The position numbers and the translations under genes were made by a program. 64,000 nucleotides of DNA from Acidimicrobiia bacterium (GTDB lineage Bacteria > Actinomycetota > Acidimicrobiia > Spongiisociales > UBA11373): positions 29,928 to 93,927 of the forward strand of contig JBFFRY010000007.1 in assembly GCA_041572755.1 (NCBI GenBank), given 5' to 3'. This document shows, one piece after another, positions 20,027-31,063 of this stretch (within the stretch, counting starts at the first letter, position 1; each line of letters opens with the position of its first letter). The notes beneath the pieces were generated by a model. The model did no database searches. It was given only the letters and a program-made list of their open reading frames with translations, and was not told the origin of the DNA.

Positions 20027-22579
20027 TTGGGAGGGGATATCACCACGATCACCGTGAACGGCTCGGCCCGCGAGGTCGGGAATCACCACCCTCACCTCCT
20101 CGCCGCCCTGCGCGAGGAACTGGGTGTCCTGTCGCCGAAGGACGGGTGCTCGCCGTCGGGGCAGTGCGGGGCTTGCACCGTCCTGCTCGACGGCAAGGCC
20201 ACCGTGAGCTGCCAGGTCTCCCTGGAGAAGGCGGAGGGGAAGTCGGTCACCACGCTCGAAGGGATCGATGCCGAAGAACGGCGGCGCTACGCCGAGGCGT
20301 TTGCGGCGCATGGAGCGCTCCAGTGCGGCTACTGCATCCCCGGGATCGTGGTGCGGGCCAAGGCGCTGATCGATGCCAAGGGCACAACGTTGAATCGCCA
20401 AACCATCGAGGGCCGGCTCGGGGCCCACCTGTGCCGCTGCACCGGGTATGTGCGGATCGTGGACGCCATCGAGGATCTGGCGCAGGGCAAGAGCCCCACA
20501 CCCGAAACGGTCGGTGGCGTCGGGTCCTCGGGGGTCCGCTACCAGGCCGCCGATCTCGTGCTCGGCGACAAGCCCTACGTCGACGATCTGCGCCTCCCCG
20601 ACCTGCTCCACGGTGCCGTGCGGCTCGCCGATCACGCCCGGGCCGACGTGCTCTCCATCGACACCTCGGCGGCCGAAGCCGTTCCCGGCGTAATCCGCGT
20701 CCTGACCGCCGCCGACGTTCCCGGGGAGCTGCGGGTCGGGATCATCGAACGGGACTGGCCGGTGTTCATACCCGAAGGCGGCCGGACGTCCTACCTGGGG
20801 GACGTGCTGGCCTTCGTCGTCGCAGGAGACCGCCAGACCGCCCGTCGGGCGGCCGAGCTGGTCGAGATCGCCTACCGCCCGCTGCCGCCGATCACCGACG
20901 CCGCGGCGGCTCTCGACGCCGAGGATGCGGTGTGGGGCCTAGAAGGCAACGTGCTGTCCCGCTCCGGATACCGCCGGGGTGACGTCGATGCCGCACTCGA
21001 AGCCAGCGCCCACACCGTCCACGAGGTCTTCGAGACCCAGCGGGTCGAGCACGCCTTCTTGGAGCCGGAGTCCACGGTCGTCGCTCCCCGCGACGACGGG
21101 ATGCTCCACGTGTGGTCGGGGGGCCAGGGGGTGTGGGACGACCGCAACCAGATCGCCTCGGTGCTCGGGGTCGAACCCGACCGCGTCGTCGTCGAGCTCG
21201 TCTCCAACGGCGGCGCTTTCGGCGGCAAGGAGGACATGTCCAATCAGGCGCAGACCGCCCTGGCGGCCTGGGTGCTGGGGCGGCCGGTCAAGTGCACCCT
21301 GTCGCGGGAAGAGTCGTTCCTGATGCACGCCAAACGGCACCCCATCCGGCTCGAATACTGGGCCGGCTGCGACGCCGAGGGGCGGCTCACCGCGCTGCGG
21401 GCCCGCATGGTGGGGGACTCCGGCCCCTACGCCTCGGTCGGTGCAAAGGTCCTCGAGCGGGCGGCGGGTCACGCCACCGGCCCCTACGCCGTCCCCAACG
21501 TGGACGTCGAAGCGGTGGCGGCCCGCACCAACAATCCGGTGTGCGGGGCGTTCCGCGGCTTCGGTGCCAACCAAGCGCACTTCGCCGTCGACGGGGTGCT
21601 GGACCGTCTCGCCGAGCGTGTCGGAATCTCGGGCTGGGAGATCCGCGCCCGCAACGTGGTGGAACCCGGCATGGAGTGGGGTCCCGGTCAGGTCATGGAC
21701 GAAGGAGCCCGGGGGGCGCGAGCCTGTCTCGACGCCGTCAAGGACGCCTACGACGAGGCGGTGGCGGCCGGCAAGGCCGTGGGCGTCGGCCTGGGGCTGA
21801 AGAACTCAGGGCTCGGCAACGGCGCCGTCGAGATCGCCCGGGCCGTCGTCCACTTCCGGGACGACGGCATCGTCGAGGTTCGCCACTGCTGGACCGAGAT
21901 GGGCCAAGGGATCCACACCGTGGCCCAGCAGGTCGCCGTCGAGGAGCTGGGGGTGGCCCCGGAGCGCGTCGAGGTGATCGTCGACACGACCCGGGAGCTC
22001 GGTGCCGGACAGACCACCGGGAGCCGGGGAACACTCATGGGCGCCGGTGCCGTTGCGGATGCCTGTCGGGTCGCCAGGGAGGCCGGGTGCCAAACCGGTG
22101 TCGACTACGTCGGGGAGTACCGCATCGACTGGACCAACAACATCGACGAGGGCGTGCCCAACCCGGTGATCCACTCCGCCTTCGGCTACGCCGCCCAGGT
22201 GGTCGTGGCCGACACCGAGACCGGTGAGGTGGAGAAGGTGTTGGCCGCCCACGACGTCGGCCGGGCCGTCAACCCCACGCTGTGCCGCAGCCAGATCGAA
22301 GGCTCGGTGCACATGGGGCTCGGTTATGCCCTCACCGAGGACTTCCCGGCGGACGCCGAGGGGCGTCCCACCACCATGACCCTCCGCAGCCTGGGGATCA
22401 TTCGCGCCAAGGACGTCCCGGAGATCGAGGTGATGCTGGTGGAGGTGCCCCAGCCCAAGGCCCCGTACGGCGTGAAGGGGGTCGGTGAGATCGGCCTGGT
22501 GCCCACCGCCGGGGCGGTGGCCGCGGCGCTGCATGCCGCCGATGGGGTGTGGCGCACCCGGCTGCCCATGAAGGCATGA
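20027..22579 (+). CDS. Mop-type molybdopterin aldehyde oxidoreductase (N-terminal 2x[2Fe-2S] fused to xanthine-dehydrogenase-family Mo-binding domain, no FAD domain)
   Basis: 850 aa. CSPSGQCGACTVLLDGKATVSCQ and QCGYCIPGIVV...CRCTGY (CoxS-like) are followed by a CoxL/XdhB-like catalytic domain. Exact start is uncertain (GGGAGGGG overlaps the ATG). Confidence 0.75.
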   Translation: MGGDITTITVNGSAREVGNHHPHLLAALREELGVLSPKDGCSPSGQCGACTVLLDGKATVSCQVSLEKAEGKSVTTLEGIDAEERRRYAEAFAAHGALQCGYCIPGIVVRAKALIDAKGTTLNRQTIEGRLGAHLCRCTGYVRIVDAIEDLAQGKSPTPETVGGVGSSGVRYQAADLVLGDKPYVDDLRLPDLLHGAVRLADHARADVLSIDTSAAEAVPGVIRVLTAADVPGELRVGIIERDWPVFIPEGGRTSYLGDVLAFVVAGDRQTARRAAELVEIAYRPLPPITDAAAALDAEDAVWGLEGNVLSRSGYRRGDVDAALEASAHTVHEVFETQRVEHAFLEPESTVVAPRDDGMLHVWSGGQGVWDDRNQIASVLGVEPDRVVVELVSNGGAFGGKEDMSNQAQTALAAWVLGRPVKCTLSREESFLMHAKRHPIRLEYWAGCDAEGRLTALRARMVGDSGPYASVGAKVLERAAGHATGPYAVPNVDVEAVAARTNNPVCGAFRGFGANQAHFAVDGVLDRLAERVGISGWEIRARNVVEPGMEWGPGQVMDEGARGARACLDAVKDAYDEAVAAGKAVGVGLGLKNSGLGNGAVEIARAVVHFRDDGIVEVRHCWTEMGQGIHTVAQQVAVEELGVAPERVEVIVDTTRELGAGQTTGSRGTLMGAGAVADACRVAREAGCQTGVDYVGEYRIDWTNNIDEGVPNPVIHSAFGYAAQVVVADTETGEVEKVLAAHDVGRAVNPTLCRSQIEGSVHMGLGYALTEDFPADAEGRPTTMTLRSLGIIRAKDVPEIEVMLVEVPQPKAPYGVKGVGEIGLVPTAGAVAAALHAADGVWRTRLPMKA

Positions 22580-22638
22580 TCGGGGGCCGGTCGCTCCCTG
22601 CATAGACTCGCGGCCTCGGGTGCAGGAAGAGAGGCGGC

Positions 22639-23511
22639 ATGACCGTGTCCCAGTGCATCTTGCGATCCCGCGAGACCGAGGTGGTCATCGGCCCCGATCG
22701 ACCTTTCGTGATCGTTGGGGAGCGGATCAATCCCACCAACCGCAGGGCCCTCACCGAGGCACTGATCGCCGGCGACATGAGCGTCGTGCAGCACGATGCC
22801 AGAGCTCAGGTCGAAGCCGGTGCCCGGGTGGTCGACGTCAACGTCGGAACTGCACTCGGCAATGAGCCGGAGATCATGCCGGTGGCCGTCGCCGCCGTCC
22901 TCGACGTTGTGGATGCACCGCTGGCGATCGACTCCGCCGATCCGCAGGCCGTGGAGGCAGGCCTGGCGGCCTATCGGGAGATCTGCGGCCCCGACGCCAA
23001 GGCGCTCATCAACTCCACCACCGCCGAGGCCGCCCAGCTGGATGCGATCCTGCCGTTGGCGGCGGAATACCAAGCGGCGGTGATCGGCCTCACCAACGAC
23101 GAGCGGGGTATCCCCGCAACGGTGGAGGAGCGTTTCCAGCTGGCCGCAATGATCGCCGATCGGGCGGTGGCGGCCGGGATTCGACGCGACGACGTGGTCA
23201 TCGACGGCCTCACCCTCACGGTGGGTGCCGATCAAGCGGCGTCCGTGGTCACGATGACCGCCACCGAGCGGATCTCCCGGGAGCTCGGTCTCACGACCAT
23301 CTCGGGTGCCAGCAACGTGTCGTTCGGGCTTCCGGGGCGCCGTGAGCTCAACAACGTCTTCCTGGCGATGATGGTTTCCAGAGGGCTCAACGCGGCGATC
23401 ACCAACCCGCTGCACCCCGAGATCGTCACCACCGTGCTGGCCGCCGACCTGTTCATGGAGCGGGACCCCCACGCCAGGTCGTGGATCACCGCTCACCGGG
23501 CCGAACCGTGA
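22639..23511 (+). CDS. Methyltetrahydrofolate:corrinoid methyltransferase (MeTr/AcsE-like pterin-binding protein)
   Basis: 290 aa. ...FVIVGERINPTNRR...VDVNVG...LINSTT...IGLTNDERGIP...TISGASNVSFGLPGRRELNNVFLAMMVSRGLNAAITNP; collinear with MeTr motifs. Confidence 0.75.
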   Translation: MTVSQCILRSRETEVVIGPDRPFVIVGERINPTNRRALTEALIAGDMSVVQHDARAQVEAGARVVDVNVGTALGNEPEIMPVAVAAVLDVVDAPLAIDSADPQAVEAGLAAYREICGPDAKALINSTTAEAAQLDAILPLAAEYQAAVIGLTNDERGIPATVEERFQLAAMIADRAVAAGIRRDDVVIDGLTLTVGADQAASVVTMTATERISRELGLTTISGASNVSFGLPGRRELNNVFLAMMVSRGLNAAITNPLHPEIVTTVLAADLFMERDPHARSWITAHRAEP

Positions 23512-25475
23512 CCGGGGGCCACACCGTGGTCTTCCAGCCCTCCGGATCCCGGGGGGAGATTCCAGACGGGATCCATCTCCGCGCTGCCGCTCGCAGCCTC
23601 GGGGTCGAGATCGAGAGTGTGTGCGCCGAGATCGCCACCTGCGGCAAGTGCCTGGTGCTGGTCGAGGACGGCACCCGAGGGGGGGTCGCCTCGGCACCGG
23701 AGCACCTCACCGCGATGGGCCGTGCGGAGCGGGACTTCATCGAGAGACGGGCGGCGACGTGGGAGCGCATGGGCTACGACGCCGCCCGGCTGCGCTTGTC
23801 GTGCCAGGCGAAGGTGGCCGGGGACGTGGTGGTGTACGTTCCCGAACGGAGCCGGGGCGACCGCCAGATCGTGCGCAAGGCACCGACCGACCTTCCCATC
23901 GAGGTGCGTCCCACGGTGCGTTGGTACTACCTGGAGCTCGAGCCCCCCTCGCTGGAGGATCCCCTCGGTGACTCCGAACGGGTGGCGGACGGCCTCGCCG
24001 AAGCCGCGGCACGAGTCGGGATGTCCGATGAACGGGCGGTACCCGGTGAGGTTACGTTCGCGTTCGCCGTGTTGCGACGGATGGCCGCAACCCTGCGGGA
24101 AGGTGACTGGAAGGTGAGCGTGGCGGTCCGCAACGGTCGGGAGGTCATCGACATTCGGCCCGGCTACCACGACGAGGCCTACGGGGCCGCGGTCGACCTG
24201 GGCTCGACTGCCGTCGCGCTGTACCTGTGCGATCTCGAGTCCGGGGAGGTGGTGGCCGCCGAGTCGATGATGAATCCGCAAACCGTCTTCGGCGATGACG
24301 TGATGACCCGCATCACTCATCAGATCAGCGACCCGGACGGTGTGGAGGCGTTGCGGACCGGTGCCGTCGATGCGGTCAACGCCTTGTTGGGGCGGGCCCT
24401 CGGCGACCGCGACGCCGCCGACGTGCTCGATGTGGTGGTCGCCGGCAACACCACCATGCACCACCTCCTGCTGGGGTTGACCACGCGGTATCTGGGAACG
24501 GCGCCGTTCGTGCCGACGGTGCAGCGGGCTCTCGATCTCCCGGCCGACGCCGTCGGCTTCGGCATCAACCGGGCGGCCGACGTCCATCTGCTGCCGATCG
24601 CCGCCGGCTTCGTCGGGGCCGACACCACGGCCGTGCTGCTCGCCGAAGAGCCCCACCACCGGGACGAGAAGCGTCTCATCATCGACGTCGGCACCAACGC
24701 CGAGCTGGTGCTCGGCAACCGGGACGGCCTGATCTGCACCTCGACTCCCACCGGTCCGGCGTTCGAGGGCGCCCACATCGAGTACGGGATGCGAGCGGCC
24801 CCCGGCGCCATCGAGCAGGTCACGATCGACCCGGCGACGCTCGAGCCGACCTACTGGGTGATCCCCGAACCCGGGGAGGAACCGGGCCTCGCCAAGGGCA
24901 TCTGCGGGTCGGCGATCATCGGTGGGGTCGCCGAGATGTTCCGGGCGGGGATCATCGATTCTCACGGCCGGTTCGTCGAGGGAACCCGTTCACCGCGGGT
25001 TCGGCGCGGCGATCTCGGCTGGGAGTACGTGCTGGCCCTCGAGGAGGAGACCTCGATCGGGCGGGACATCCCCATCACGATCCAGGATGTGCGCCAGGTC
25101 CAGCTCGCCAAGGCTGCTCTGTATGCCGCCGCCCGGGTCCTGCTGAGGGAAGCCGGGCTCGAGAGACCCGACGAGATCGTCTTGGCAGGCGCATTCGGCG
25201 CCCGGATCGACCCCACCCAAGCCCTGCTGCTGGGGATGATCCCCGACTGCCCCGTTGCGACGATACGTGCGGTGGGGAACGCCGCCGGGGACGGGGCCCG
25301 GATCGCCCTGCTCAATCGGCACCGGCGGGGGGAAGCCGCCGAGGTGGTGAGCCGGCTCCAGCGGGTCGAGCTGCCGGTCGATCCCGAGTTTCAACAGGAG
25401 TTCCTGGCGGCGCTCGAACTGCCCCACGCCTCACACCGCTTCACCAGCGTGGCCGGGATGCTCCCCGAGGGTTAG
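23508..25475 (+). CDS. RACo-type reductive activator of corrinoid proteins ([2Fe-2S] ferredoxin + ASKHA ATPase domain)
   Basis: GTG start with GTGA overlap on the upstream stop. N-terminal plant-type ferredoxin CAEIATCGKC, then a large ASKHA/DUF4445-like body. Confidence 0.7.
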   Translation: MTGGHTVVFQPSGSRGEIPDGIHLRAAARSLGVEIESVCAEIATCGKCLVLVEDGTRGGVASAPEHLTAMGRAERDFIERRAATWERMGYDAARLRLSCQAKVAGDVVVYVPERSRGDRQIVRKAPTDLPIEVRPTVRWYYLELEPPSLEDPLGDSERVADGLAEAAARVGMSDERAVPGEVTFAFAVLRRMAATLREGDWKVSVAVRNGREVIDIRPGYHDEAYGAAVDLGSTAVALYLCDLESGEVVAAESMMNPQTVFGDDVMTRITHQISDPDGVEALRTGAVDAVNALLGRALGDRDAADVLDVVVAGNTTMHHLLLGLTTRYLGTAPFVPTVQRALDLPADAVGFGINRAADVHLLPIAAGFVGADTTAVLLAEEPHHRDEKRLIIDVGTNAELVLGNRDGLICTSTPTGPAFEGAHIEYGMRAAPGAIEQVTIDPATLEPTYWVIPEPGEEPGLAKGICGSAIIGGVAEMFRAGIIDSHGRFVEGTRSPRVRRGDLGWEYVLALEEETSIGRDIPITIQDVRQVQLAKAALYAAARVLLREAGLERPDEIVLAGAFGARIDPTQALLLGMIPDCPVATIRAVGNAAGDGARIALLNRHRRGEAAEVVSRLQRVELPVDPEFQQEFLAALELPHASHRFTSVAGMLPEG

Positions 25476-27628
25476 TAGCGCCCCCGCTCCAGTTGGGTGC
25501 TCGAGTCGGCGAGGTCCCGATCACGAGCCGGGAAGACCTGCACGGCACACGCCTTGAACTCCGGGATGAGGGCCTCGGGGTCGAGGGCGTCGTTGGTGAG
25601 CAGATTGGCGGCCGCCTCGGCGAAGTGGAACGGGATGAACACCACCCCCACCGTCGACTTGGGGGTGACCCGGGCCCGGAGGACGACCTCTCCTCTCCGC
25701 GACGTGACCCGGACCGCCCGCCCGTCGCCGATGCCGTGGAGTTCGGCGTCGGCGGGGTGGATCTCGCAGGTCGCCTCGGGCCACAGCTCATCGAGCGCCG
25801 AGTTGCGGGTCATCGTGCCGCCGTGCCAGTGCTCGAGGACGCGTCCGGTGGTGAGCACGAAGGGGTACTCGTCGTCGGTTTGCTCCATCGCCGGGACGTA
25901 GTCGAGGGGAGTGAACTTGCCCCGGCCCGAGGGGAATTCCTCGTCGAACAGGAACGGGGTGCCCGGGTGAGTCTCGTCCCACACCGGGACTTGGAGCCCC
26001 TCCTTCGCGATGCGGCCGTAGGTGATGCCTCGATACTCGGGCACCACCGAGCCGAGTTCGGCCAGGATCTCGGAGGGCTCGGCGTACTCCCATCCGGCGG
26101 TCCGGGGACGGCCCAATCGGGCCTCGAGCCGGGCGGCCAGGTCGCACAGGATCTCCCAATCCGGTCGCGAATCGCCCACCGGGGGGTGAGCCGGCCGGAC
26201 CCGCTGCACCCGGCGGTCGGTGTTCGTGAACGTGCCCGCCTTCTCGGCGAACGAGGTTGCCGGCAGGAAGACGTCGGCGAAGGCGCCCGACTCGTTGATG
26301 AAGAGGTCCTGGGCGACCAGGAACTCGAGCTGCTCCATGTGGTGGCGGGTCGCGTTGAGGTTCGGTTCGGTCATCATCGGGTTCTCACCCATGATGTAGA
26401 GGGCGCGGACGCCGCCGGGGCCGGCCTCCGACAGGATCTCGGTGGTGGTGAGGCCCCGATCCCGGCTCAGGCCTCCCGGCTCAACCCCCCATGCCGTCTC
26501 CCAGCGCTCGGCATTGGCGGGGTCGTCGACCGCCATGTAGCCCGGGTAGTGGAACGGCATGGCGCCCATGTCGGAGGCCCCCTGCACGTTGTTCTGGCCT
26601 CGCAGCGGGTTGAGGCCGGTGCCCCGGCGCCCCACGTTGCCGGTGAGGAACGCCAGGTGGATGAGCGACAGGGCCGAGGCGGTGCCGTGGGACAGCTGGG
26701 AGATCCCCATGCCCCAGTAGACGGCGCCCCTCTCGGCCCCGGCGTAGAGCCGGGCGGCCCGGCGGATGTCGTCGGCGGGTACGCCGGAGACCGACTCGGC
26801 GAACTCCGGTGTGAAGGATGCCAGAGAAGCGATGTACTCCTCGTATCCCTCGGTTCGGGCCGCGACGAACTCGGTGTCGACGAGCTCCTCGTCGACGATC
26901 ACGCGAGCCATGGCACCGAACACCGGCACGTTGGTGCCGGGCCGGAGCGGAAGCCACAATTCGGCGAGATCCACCAGCTCGATGCGGCGGGGGTCGACGA
27001 CGATCAGCTTGGCGCCGTTGTTGACCACGGCCGCCTTCATCTGCAAGCCGATGATCGGATGGTTCTCGGTGGTGTTCGAGCCGGTGACGATGAACACGTC
27101 GCTGTCGGCCACCTCGGCGGCGGTGTTGCTCATCGCCGATGAGCCCAGCGCCTGCTGCAGCGCCACCACCGAGCCGGCGTGACACAAGCGGGTGCAGTGG
27201 TCGACGTTGTTGGTGCGGAACAGGGCCCGCCACATCTTCTGGAGCAGATAGTTGTCCTCGTTGGTGGCCTTGGCGCAGCAGTAGCAGGCCATCGCGTCCG
27301 CACCGTCGCGGCGGTAGATCTCGACGAGGCGGTCGGCGGTGTAGTCGAGGGCTTCCTCCCAGGACACCTCCCGCCACTCGGCACGGTCGAAGGCTTGGGT
27401 CCGGGTGCCCGGCTTCTGGGGCGTTCGGCGGATCATGGGTGTGGTCACCCGGTTGGGGTGATAGACGAAGTCGTACCCGAAGCGGCCTTTGACGCAGAGA
27501 TTCCCGGCGTTGACGACGGAATCGAACGGCGATGTGACCTTGTAGATGAAGTCGTCGCGGATCCCCAACTCGAGCTTGCAGCCGACGCCGCAGTAGGGAC
27601 AGGTGGTGGTGACGGTGCGGTCGCTCAT
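25472..27628 (-). CDS. fdhA: Formate dehydrogenase catalytic (Mo-bisPGD) subunit, Cys-type; lacks the NuoG-like N-terminal FeS domain
   Basis: Track ORF 25472..28360 trimmed to [21 protein letters not shown] (ATG 27628). [15 protein letters not shown] active-site region with Cys at the Sec position. Confidence 0.85.
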   Translation of the reverse strand: MSDRTVTTTCPYCGVGCKLELGIRDDFIYKVTSPFDSVVNAGNLCVKGRFGYDFVYHPNRVTTPMIRRTPQKPGTRTQAFDRAEWREVSWEEALDYTADRLVEIYRRDGADAMACYCCAKATNEDNYLLQKMWRALFRTNNVDHCTRLCHAGSVVALQQALGSSAMSNTAAEVADSDVFIVTGSNTTENHPIIGLQMKAAVVNNGAKLIVVDPRRIELVDLAELWLPLRPGTNVPVFGAMARVIVDEELVDTEFVAARTEGYEEYIASLASFTPEFAESVSGVPADDIRRAARLYAGAERGAVYWGMGISQLSHGTASALSLIHLAFLTGNVGRRGTGLNPLRGQNNVQGASDMGAMPFHYPGYMAVDDPANAERWETAWGVEPGGLSRDRGLTTTEILSEAGPGGVRALYIMGENPMMTEPNLNATRHHMEQLEFLVAQDLFINESGAFADVFLPATSFAEKAGTFTNTDRRVQRVRPAHPPVGDSRPDWEILCDLAARLEARLGRPRTAGWEYAEPSEILAELGSVVPEYRGITYGRIAKEGLQVPVWDETHPGTPFLFDEEFPSGRGKFTPLDYVPAMEQTDDEYPFVLTTGRVLEHWHGGTMTRNSALDELWPEATCEIHPADAELHGIGDGRAVRVTSRRGEVVLRARVTPKSTVGVVFIPFHFAEAAANLLTNDALDPEALIPEFKACAVQVFPARDRDLADSSTQLERGRY

Positions 27629-28320
27629 CGCCGTCTCCGGCGGCGCCGAGTGAGGGTGGCGGCGGTGACCTCCTCCGGGGTCATGCCCCGGTCGAGCAGC
27701 CACTCGCGGCGCGGCTTGAGGGCCCCGGTGGGGCAGACACCCAGGCACTGCCCGCAGAAGACACAGGTGGTCTGTGGGATCGAGGCGTCGAAGAAGGTGC
27801 CGATCTGGGTGTCGTAGCCCCTCCCGGAGAAGTTGATGGCGAAGGTGTACTGGGCGTCGTCGGCACACACCTGCACGCACCGCCAGCACAGGACGCACTG
27901 CGAGTAGTCCCGCACGTACATCGGGTTGTCGTCGATCACCTCGGTGCGGCGGCGGCGGGCATCGGGGAAGCGGTCCGGGTCGGCCCCGTAGTCGGCGATC
28001 ATCCGGGTGATCGAAGGGGCCTCCTCGAGGTCGACGGTGGAAGCCAGCATCTCGAGGAGGGTGCGCCGTGCTCGGTCGACCCGATCGGATCGAGTGGTCA
28101 CCTCCATGTCCGGGGCCACTTCCACCACGCAGGACGGCTGGAGTCGCCCCATGCCCCCGACCTCGACGACACACACCCGACAGATGGCATTCGCCGTCGT
28201 GGCCGGGTGCACACACACCGAGGGCACGTCGGATCCGGCCGCCCGGGTCGCCTCGAGGATGGTGGTGCCCGGCGCCACGCTGACCGGTGTGCCGTCGATG
28301 GTGAGGGTCACCTGCGTCAC
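27625..28320 (-). CDS. Separate NuoG-like [2Fe-2S]/[4Fe-4S] subunit of formate dehydrogenase (split FdhA N-terminal domain)
   Basis: Track ORF 27625..28536 trimmed to a GTG start at 28320 ([24 protein letters not shown]), which forms a GTGA overlap with the nuoEF stop. ...[19 protein letters not shown]...[11 protein letters not shown]...[20 protein letters not shown] overlap with the catalytic subunit. Confidence 0.7.
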   Translation of the reverse strand: MTQVTLTIDGTPVSVAPGTTILEATRAAGSDVPSVCVHPATTANAICRVCVVEVGGMGRLQPSCVVEVAPDMEVTTRSDRVDRARRTLLEMLASTVDLEEAPSITRMIADYGADPDRFPDARRRRTEVIDDNPMYVRDYSQCVLCWRCVQVCADDAQYTFAINFSGRGYDTQIGTFFDASIPQTTCVFCGQCLGVCPTGALKPRREWLLDRGMTPEEVTAATLTRRRRRRR

Positions 28321-30029
28321 GGCGTCTCCTCGAAGAGCTCCGGCCAGTGTTGCATGGCACTCAGCACGGCAGTGGCGGCGGTCTGGCCGAGTCCGCACAG
28401 CGAGGTGTCGGCCATCGTCCAACCGATGTCCTGGAGCCGGTCGACGTCGCCGGCCTCCGGTCTGCCGGCGGCGATGCGGTCGAGCACCTCGGCCTGGCGC
28501 TCGGTGCCCATCTGGCACGGGTAGCACTTTCCGCACGACTCGTGGGCGAAGAAGCGACCGAGGCGGGCGAGGACGTCGCGAAGGTCGCGGGTCTCGTCGA
28601 AGACCATGACCACCCCCGAGCCCAGGCTGAGGCCCTCGGTCCGGAGGTCTTCCATCGTCAGCGCCACATCGAGCCGGTCGGCGGTCACGAACGACCCGGC
28701 GGCCCCGCCGAGGAGCACCGCCTGCACGTCCCGCTCACCGGGGAGGCCTCCGCCGTGCTGATAGACCAGCTCCCTGATCGTGACTCCGAAGGGGAGCTCG
28801 TAGAGGCCCGGCTTGGCGACGTCCCCGCTGAGACAGAAGAGCTTGGTGCCCGGCGACCCTTCGGTGCCGAGTCTCCGGTAGGCGTCGGCCCCTTCTCGGA
28901 TGATCGGGGGCACGTTGCACAGTGTCTCGACGTTGTTGATGACGGTGGGCTTGCCGAACAGGCCGTGACTGGTGGGGAAGGGGGGCTTGACCCGGGGGAA
29001 CCCGCGCTTGCCCTCGATCGACTCGAAGAGGGCCGTTTCCTCGCCGCAGATGTAGGCCCCGGCACCGACCCGGATCTCGATGTCGAAGGAGAACCCCGAA
29101 CCGAGGATGTCGTCGCCGAGATAACCCGCTCGGCGCGCCTCTTCCATGGCCCGCTCGGCGACCGGCACGATGTAGGGGTACTCCCCGCGCACGTAGAAGT
29201 AGCCCCGGGAGGCGCCCACGGCGAACCCGGTGATCACCATTCCCTCGACGGTCAAATGGGGGCTGTCGATGAGGAGCGCCCGATCCTTGAAGGTCCCCGG
29301 CTCGGACTCGTCGGTGTTGCAGACGACGAACTTGGGCCGGGCCGGTTCGTTGCGGGCGGCTTCCCACTTCACGCCCGTGGGGAAGGCGGCGCCGCCCCGG
29401 CCCACCAACCCGGCCGCCGTCACCTCGGCGATCACCGCCTCCGGCCCCATCTCCAGGGCCCTGCGGAGGGCCCGGTAGCCACCGCATGCCTCGTAGTCCC
29501 GGATCCCGGTGGTGTCCTCACTGCACACCGCGGTGAGGACACGCTGCGACCCGTAGATCACCGACGGGGGGTGGGTGGTGACGTCGTCGGCGAGACGCCC
29601 AGGGTCGTCGGGGTCGGCGGCGATGGCGACGCACTCGTCGACGAGGGCGGCGGGAGCGTGATCACACAGACCCAGGCAGGGCACCCGCTCGATGGTGATG
29701 GCTCCGTCGGCGCTGGTTCCCCCCTCGACGACCCCGGCAGCGGCACACAGGCCCTCGATCAGGCGGTCGGCTCCTCGCAGCGCGCAGGTGGGGTCGCCGC
29801 ACACCCGAACGACCCGTTCACCGACGGGACGTCCGTAGAACAGGGTGTAGAACTCGATCACCCCGTGGACGTCGGCGAGGGGCACCTTGAGCGCCCGCCC
29901 CACCTCGGCGGCCACCTCCTCGGGGAGCCATCCGTGGACCTGCTGGGCGGCGTGGAGCGCGGGCAGCAGCCCGGCTCGCCCCATCGGGACGAAGGGGGCC
30001 AGGACCTCCCGGAGTGCAGTGTCCGACAC
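28317..30029 (-). CDS. Fused NuoE-NuoF-like NAD(H)-binding flavoprotein subunit of formate dehydrogenase
   Basis: 570 aa. N-terminal thioredoxin-like [2Fe-2S] region ([11 protein letters not shown]...CLGLCDHAP), then [13 protein letters not shown]...[13 protein letters not shown] (NuoF/51-kDa). Confidence 0.8.
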   Translation of the reverse strand: MSDTALREVLAPFVPMGRAGLLPALHAAQQVHGWLPEEVAAEVGRALKVPLADVHGVIEFYTLFYGRPVGERVVRVCGDPTCALRGADRLIEGLCAAAGVVEGGTSADGAITIERVPCLGLCDHAPAALVDECVAIAADPDDPGRLADDVTTHPPSVIYGSQRVLTAVCSEDTTGIRDYEACGGYRALRRALEMGPEAVIAEVTAAGLVGRGGAAFPTGVKWEAARNEPARPKFVVCNTDESEPGTFKDRALLIDSPHLTVEGMVITGFAVGASRGYFYVRGEYPYIVPVAERAMEEARRAGYLGDDILGSGFSFDIEIRVGAGAYICGEETALFESIEGKRGFPRVKPPFPTSHGLFGKPTVINNVETLCNVPPIIREGADAYRRLGTEGSPGTKLFCLSGDVAKPGLYELPFGVTIRELVYQHGGGLPGERDVQAVLLGGAAGSFVTADRLDVALTMEDLRTEGLSLGSGVVMVFDETRDLRDVLARLGRFFAHESCGKCYPCQMGTERQAEVLDRIAAGRPEAGDVDRLQDIGWTMADTSLCGLGQTAATAVLSAMQHWPELFEETP

Positions 30030-30171
30030 GAAGGTGGAGCATAGGAAGCCTGGCCTTCGTTTTCAGCGTCCTCGGGCGAGGGATGCGGGGGGCATTCCGA
30101 TCCGACGCGGCAATCTGGGTATGACGCGCCCCCTCATTGGACGGTGGACGACCGATGGGGCGAAGCGTTCC

Positions 30172-31047
30172 TCAGCCGCCGGGCCCGGCGTGAGACCATC
30201 TCCGCGGCCTCGCGGAGACGGTGAGCAGTCCCGCCATGAGCAGGACCGCCCCGGTGGTGGCCGCAGCACCGAGGCGCTCGTCGAGCACCACCAGCCCCAA
30301 CAGGGCGGCAGTGAGGGGCTCGGCGAGGCTGAGCGTGGCGGTGGTGGCCACCGGGGTGGCGCGCAGGCCGGTGGCGAAGAAGAGGTACGAGATCGCCGTC
30401 GTGCCGACCGCCAGCCACAGTGCCACCACGGCCCCCCGTCCGGTCGCCACCCACCGGAGGCTGTGGAACAGGGGGACGGGGAGCAACAGGACGGTGGCTC
30501 CGGTGAACACGAAGGCGGCGAACACCGGGGGAGGGAGGCGGTCGACCAGGTTCTTGGCGGCGACCAGGTAGACCGCCCAGGCCACTCCGGCACCGAGGGC
30601 GAACCCGACGCCGGCCGGGTCGACGCCGGCCTCCTCCCCGCCGGAGAGGAGCATCACCGCCCCCACGATGGCCAGGGTGGTGGCCACCACCCAGCGGCGA
30701 TCGACCCGTTCTCCTCTCAGGGCGAACGCCAGGGCGCCGGCGAGGACCGGCCCGCTGCCGATCGTGACGATGGTGCCGATGGTGACACCCGCCCGGTCGA
30801 CCCCGGCGAAGAAGAGGGGCTGGGAGGCCGCCATGGCCACCACCGCCGCCGCGCCCGTGCCGTTGAGGGCGGTGCGCCAAGTGATGGGCAAGCGGCGGGC
30901 CCACACCCAGAGCCAGAGCAGCGTCCCGCCGGCCATGCGAACCAGGCCGACGGTGATCGGGGTGATCCCCTCGGGGCCGAGGGCCTGGGCGGTGCCGGTG
31001 GTGCCCCACAGGGAGGCGGCCAGCAACACGAAGAGCGGGCCGTGCAT
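30172..31047 (-). CDS. EamA/DMT-family transporter
   Basis: 291 aa with about 10 TM helices. Confidence 0.65.
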   Translation of the reverse strand: MHGPLFVLLAASLWGTTGTAQALGPEGITPITVGLVRMAGGTLLWLWVWARRLPITWRTALNGTGAAAVVAMAASQPLFFAGVDRAGVTIGTIVTIGSGPVLAGALAFALRGERVDRRWVVATTLAIVGAVMLLSGGEEAGVDPAGVGFALGAGVAWAVYLVAAKNLVDRLPPPVFAAFVFTGATVLLLPVPLFHSLRWVATGRGAVVALWLAVGTTAISYLFFATGLRATPVATTATLSLAEPLTAALLGLVVLDERLGAAATTGAVLLMAGLLTVSARPRRWSHAGPGG

Positions 31048-31063
31048 CGGGCGATGGTACGGC

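Noticed and set aside
25472-28360. Single 962-aa ORF for FdhA including a 240-aa N-terminal extension
   Set aside because: The N-terminal part is Arg/Pro/Gly-rich junk read in a different frame from the NuoG-like FeS gene. The homologous protein starts at [17 protein letters not shown] (ATG 27628) with an ATGA overlap.
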